Origin: a virus
Lineage: Duplodnaviria; Caudoviricetes
IMG/VR virus record: IMGVR_UViG_3300028048_000001
Span: 1 to 64,000 of that record
Length of the DNA: 64,000 nucleotides
Reading direction: 5' to 3' (one strand)
Below the pieces are notes generated by a model. The model did no database searches and was not told the DNA's origin. It saw only the letters and a program-made list of their open reading frames with translations. The first letter of the stretch is position 1, and every line of letters begins with the position of its first letter. Below are positions 60,492-64,000 of the stretch, one piece after another. A program made the translations under genes and the position numbers.

Positions 60492-61880
60492 TTATCTATT
60501 ATTTGCCATGAGCTTAAGCATAGATTTATAAGTTTCGGTTTCTGTTTCTTTAGCAAGCATTTTATATGAAAATTCTTCAAAATATCTATTTCCATCATCA
60601 AACATAAATTTCACAGATTCTACAGAATCATCTGTAATAGCAAATCCAAGAAGATTATAAGATTCCATAAAATGCTTAGCTACGGTAGGGTCTGTAATAT
60701 CAAGATTTTCTTCTTTAAAAAGATCATCTGCATCTTCTCTGGAAATTACTACTGTGGTGATTGCAGAGAAATCATTTCTTTGTCCTCTTGCAATAGCAGT
60801 TTTCGCTGCAGCTGCTCTATTTTGAAGAAGGTTCCATGTATCACCATATGCACCTTTAACTCTTGTTGATTTAAGATCTTCTTTAGTACGAGATAATCCT
60901 AAAAGAAAATCTGTCATTTTAAGCTCACCAGTTATAGCTCTCATTAAATTAAGGAAAGATTTGCCATCTTTATTATCATTAGCAATACGTCTAAGAATTT
61001 CATCAGCATTAATACCAAGAACTTTAGACTTAATGCCAATAATAAATTCTGTAGCTACACTAGCTGTAGCAGAATTATAAAATTTAACTACAATAAGAGA
61101 AGGAACAGCAGCATTCATTTTCTTAATATCTTGATCTTTAAGAATCATAGAAGAATGCCTAGTTTTATTATCATCTTTATTATTAATATCCATCTCTGTA
61201 AAAGATTTAAAAGTAACTTTATAATTATCAAATGACTCTTTTACTATGAAATCATTAATACTTCTCTCATTAAGTTGAGTATCATAAATTTGATATTTTT
61301 CTGCATCACTAAACATTTCCATTAATTCTTTCATCTGTTGATTTGAAATATTAATAGAATTATCATGTTCAAACATTCCATCAAGATTAAATTCATTTAA
61401 ACTATTATTAATTATTGATCCAGAAACTGTAGAAGTTTCTCTAATCTTTTTATTTCTAAAATTAGATATGTCTCTACCCATTGCATTAATAATAGTTGCC
61501 ATAGCAGCCATATCATCTCCACCAATATTTAAGTTTTGATGAAATTTTCTTAAATATTCTGCACCATTTTCTGCATTAGAAATATTCATCATCTGTAATG
61601 CAAGTTGAATAATGATGCAACCTTTTTGCTCGATATATTTAGAAATCATCTGGGCAGTACCAGAACTAACAGATCTACTAATTAAAATTGGATAAACAGC
61701 AATTAATTTTGATGCTGCTTTAGCTGTAGAAGAATAAGAATATGAGTCTCTTTTATCACTAATACTACTAGCATTTCCAGTAGCTAATGCTATTCCTTCT
61801 CCAGCAGCAGCTATAAGTTGACTAACATTTTTAATTGTATTAGGATCAACCATTTCATGTAGATGCTTTGACATCTGCAT
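60492..61880 (-). CDS. Putative virion structural protein
   Basis: AGGAGG RBS; late-type motif at 61903-61914. Confidence 0.55.
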   Translation of the reverse strand: MQMSKHLHEMVDPNTIKNVSQLIAAAGEGIALATGNASSISDKRDSYSYSSTAKAASKLIAVYPILISRSVSSGTAQMISKYIEQKGCIIIQLALQMMNISNAENGAEYLRKFHQNLNIGGDDMAAMATIINAMGRDISNFRNKKIRETSTVSGSIINNSLNEFNLDGMFEHDNSINISNQQMKELMEMFSDAEKYQIYDTQLNERSINDFIVKESFDNYKVTFKSFTEMDINNKDDNKTRHSSMILKDQDIKKMNAAVPSLIVVKFYNSATASVATEFIIGIKSKVLGINADEILRRIANDNKDGKSFLNLMRAITGELKMTDFLLGLSRTKEDLKSTRVKGAYGDTWNLLQNRAAAAKTAIARGQRNDFSAITTVVISREDADDLFKEENLDITDPTVAKHFMESYNLLGFAITDDSVESVKFMFDDGNRYFEEFSYKMLAKETETETYKSMLKLMANNR

Positions 61881-62099
61881 ACCTCCTAAAGAGTATGAAT
61901 ATTATACTAATGTTAAAAAATAAAATATATTATGTTTTAAATAAATAAAATAATACGAATATAATTCATATTATTTTATTTATTTTTAATCTTCATGATC
62001 AATCATTATATAAAATAAGCAAATAATAATCATGAAGACTTTAAACATAAAATATCCATATTCTTCAAAAAATTCAGTCATTATTTTTATTCTCCTATT

Positions 62100-62363
62100 T
62101 TATTTTTTATTTATAAATTCTATAGCTTTTCTATCTTCTTTAAATTCTTTTCCAATAAAATCTGATGCAGCTTTTCTTTTTGTTTCATCAAAAGAACCAA
62201 CAACAGAATCAATTAATCCAAACCCAACATCTCTTCTTTTTGTGTAATTGGTTATCATTGTTCCACAACATTCTATCCCATAAGTTAATAATCCAATAAT
62301 TAAATGATCCATATTTACCTTTTCTGTAATTTTATTTAAAAAATCATTCACAATATGTTTCAC
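62100..62363 (-). CDS. Hypothetical early protein
   Basis: GTG start; early-type motif at 62411-62427. Confidence 0.55.
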   Translation of the reverse strand: MKHIVNDFLNKITEKVNMDHLIIGLLTYGIECCGTMITNYTKRRDVGFGLIDSVVGSFDETKRKAASDFIGKEFKEDRKAIEFINKK

Positions 62364-62501
62364 TTTCTATTGTATTGATAAAATGATATTATTCTCTTTA
62401 TAACACCATTTCATTATTATAATATATTTTTATATTTTATTTTATCCATTATATTTAGTAGGCTGAACTTTAATATAATATTTCAAATTAGGAGTATTAG
62501 A

Positions 62502-63800
62502 ATGGCTGAAAATACAAAATACTTCAGCAATCTAGAACCTAGTGTTATAGATAAATCTAGAACTATTCCAGAAAATTTAAAACCATATAATAGAATAACA
62601 GATGAATTTATGTCATCTGTTGGTCTATATTCTAAAGAAGAATTAGAAAAATCTAGATTTAATAAATATTCTAGATTCGGCAGACCTTTAGATCCTTATG
62701 GAAAATTAAATGATTGTAGAGAATATTTATTTTTTGTTAAACCAGATCTTCATATTGTTGTTCCAAGCGGAGAAACATCAGAAGGTATATATAAATTAGG
62801 ATTATCTTCTTCTGGTTCTTTATATTATGAAGATACTTCATCTTATAACAATTTAAGACTTAATCCTCAATTAGATAATAATCCATATTTTAGAGAATTA
62901 ATAACATCTCACCCAGATGTTATTAGACAACTACAAAAGAGTGCTCCAGTACAATCAGGAATGATTGCAAATGATCCATTTTGTCATTTATTAAGTTTTT
63001 CAGTAAATAGTTATTTGGAACTTCCTGGATCTGAAGCTACTACTTTAGATAATTCATCTACAGTATTTGGTACATCTTATGAATATTTAAAAGATGCAGA
63101 AGAAGCAGACGAAAATCCTTCTTTTTCACTTGAATTTATGGATAATAAGTATTTAGATACTTATCATTTTTTTAAAGCTTATTCTGAATATCATATAGCT
63201 AGAAAATCTGGTTTAGTTACTCCTCCTTCATTAAATTATTATAGATATAAAAGGCTTCATAATACTATGGGTATTTATAAATTCATTGTGGCTGAAGATA
63301 TGGAAACTATTATTTATTATGCATACTTTTGGGGGGTATATCCTACATCTTGTCCAAGAGAAACATTTAGTGATCCATTATTTAATGAAGGACTTACTTT
63401 TTCTGTAAGCTTTAAATCTGCTTTTATAGAAGATATGAATCCTATTATATTAGCACAGTTTAATAAGTTAATGAGTAATGTTATAACTTCATATGGAATT
63501 AACAAAAATGTTTGGCTTCCTGTAGTTAAACAAAATGCTTCTAATGAAACATTATATGCTTCAAAAATAGGTCAGCCAGCTGTACGAATAATGGATAATT
63601 CTTATGATGTAACATCTTTAGGGTTACCTAATTCTAATAAAGGTGTATTTCCTACAAGTATGATTAATGGGGAATTACCAGTGGCTGCTCTTGTTGATGG
63701 TAGACATATTTCTACAAATAAACTTACCATTGAACAAGAGAGACCTAAATATAAATTAAGATGGTATGGAATACCAAAGGAGATATCAGTCAATGGCTAA
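62502..63800 (+). CDS. Putative tail tube-like/baseplate structural protein
   Basis: Late-type motif at 62466-62477; YFWGVYPTSCP...SVSF tube-like pattern. Confidence 0.5.
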   Translation: MAENTKYFSNLEPSVIDKSRTIPENLKPYNRITDEFMSSVGLYSKEELEKSRFNKYSRFGRPLDPYGKLNDCREYLFFVKPDLHIVVPSGETSEGIYKLGLSSSGSLYYEDTSSYNNLRLNPQLDNNPYFRELITSHPDVIRQLQKSAPVQSGMIANDPFCHLLSFSVNSYLELPGSEATTLDNSSTVFGTSYEYLKDAEEADENPSFSLEFMDNKYLDTYHFFKAYSEYHIARKSGLVTPPSLNYYRYKRLHNTMGIYKFIVAEDMETIIYYAYFWGVYPTSCPRETFSDPLFNEGLTFSVSFKSAFIEDMNPIILAQFNKLMSNVITSYGINKNVWLPVVKQNASNETLYASKIGQPAVRIMDNSYDVTSLGLPNSNKGVFPTSMINGELPVAALVDGRHISTNKLTIEQERPKYKLRWYGIPKEISVNG

Positions 63801-64000
63801 GAAATCAGTAAACTCAGATATCTACAATCTTTCTCAACTTGTAGACGATGTAAAAAAGACTTTTATACCAAATGAAACTGATGAGACTCTGGCTATTGGC
63901 ACATATGGATATATTGGTGCTCTTGAGTCTCATAGATTACAAACTCAAGTTCAGATGACTGGAGAATTATGTAATGAATCGTTTCCTTCCAGGGCAAGAC
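63793..64000 (+). CDS. Partial CDS, possibly baseplate protein
   Basis: ATG 63793 with AAGGAG RBS, MAKKSVNSDIYNLSQ..., open to window end. Confidence 0.6.
   Translation, partial: MAKKSVNSDIYNLSQLVDDVKKTFIPNETDETLAIGTYGYIGALESHRLQTQVQMTGELCNESFPSRAR

Noticed and set aside
1-64000. CRISPR array, DGR or retron, and stop-codon recoding
   Set aside because: No regularly spaced repeat-spacer array, no reverse transcriptase, no suppressor tRNA; standard-code ORFs tile the window densely

Overview
Very AT-rich segment of a jumbo bacteriophage genome resembling the AR9/PBS1 (phiKZ-related) group. The host is probably a Firmicute/Clostridia, inferred from a GH25 endolysin with cell-wall-binding repeats. 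Most genes are on the minus strand and read in the standard code. Recognisable genes: two different multisubunit RNA polymerase beta'-type subunits (one intact with DYDGD; one split into three exons by two group I introns, the second inserted inside the DFDG^D motif), a probable sigma-like subunit next to a GroEL-like chaperonin, primase, 5'-3' exonuclease, dCMP deaminase, probable major capsid and head/baseplate proteins, homing endonucleases and five tRNAs. Two recurring phage promoter motifs are visible: ATATATTATAAWWRTGA and AACW-N6-TA. The most unusual content is non-coding or post-translational: (i) covarying, duplicated structured RNAs interleaved with the tRNAs, (ii) a 210-nt tRNA-shaped RNA whose anticodon arm is replaced by a large domain, (iii) promoter-driven small RNAs carrying anti-Shine-Dalgarno/anti-start-codon sequence, and (iv) a 1254-aa protein made of unrelated enzyme modules joined by [ILV]NES linkers, a candidate protease-processed virion polyprotein. 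All family assignments come from motif recognition by eye; no database search was run.
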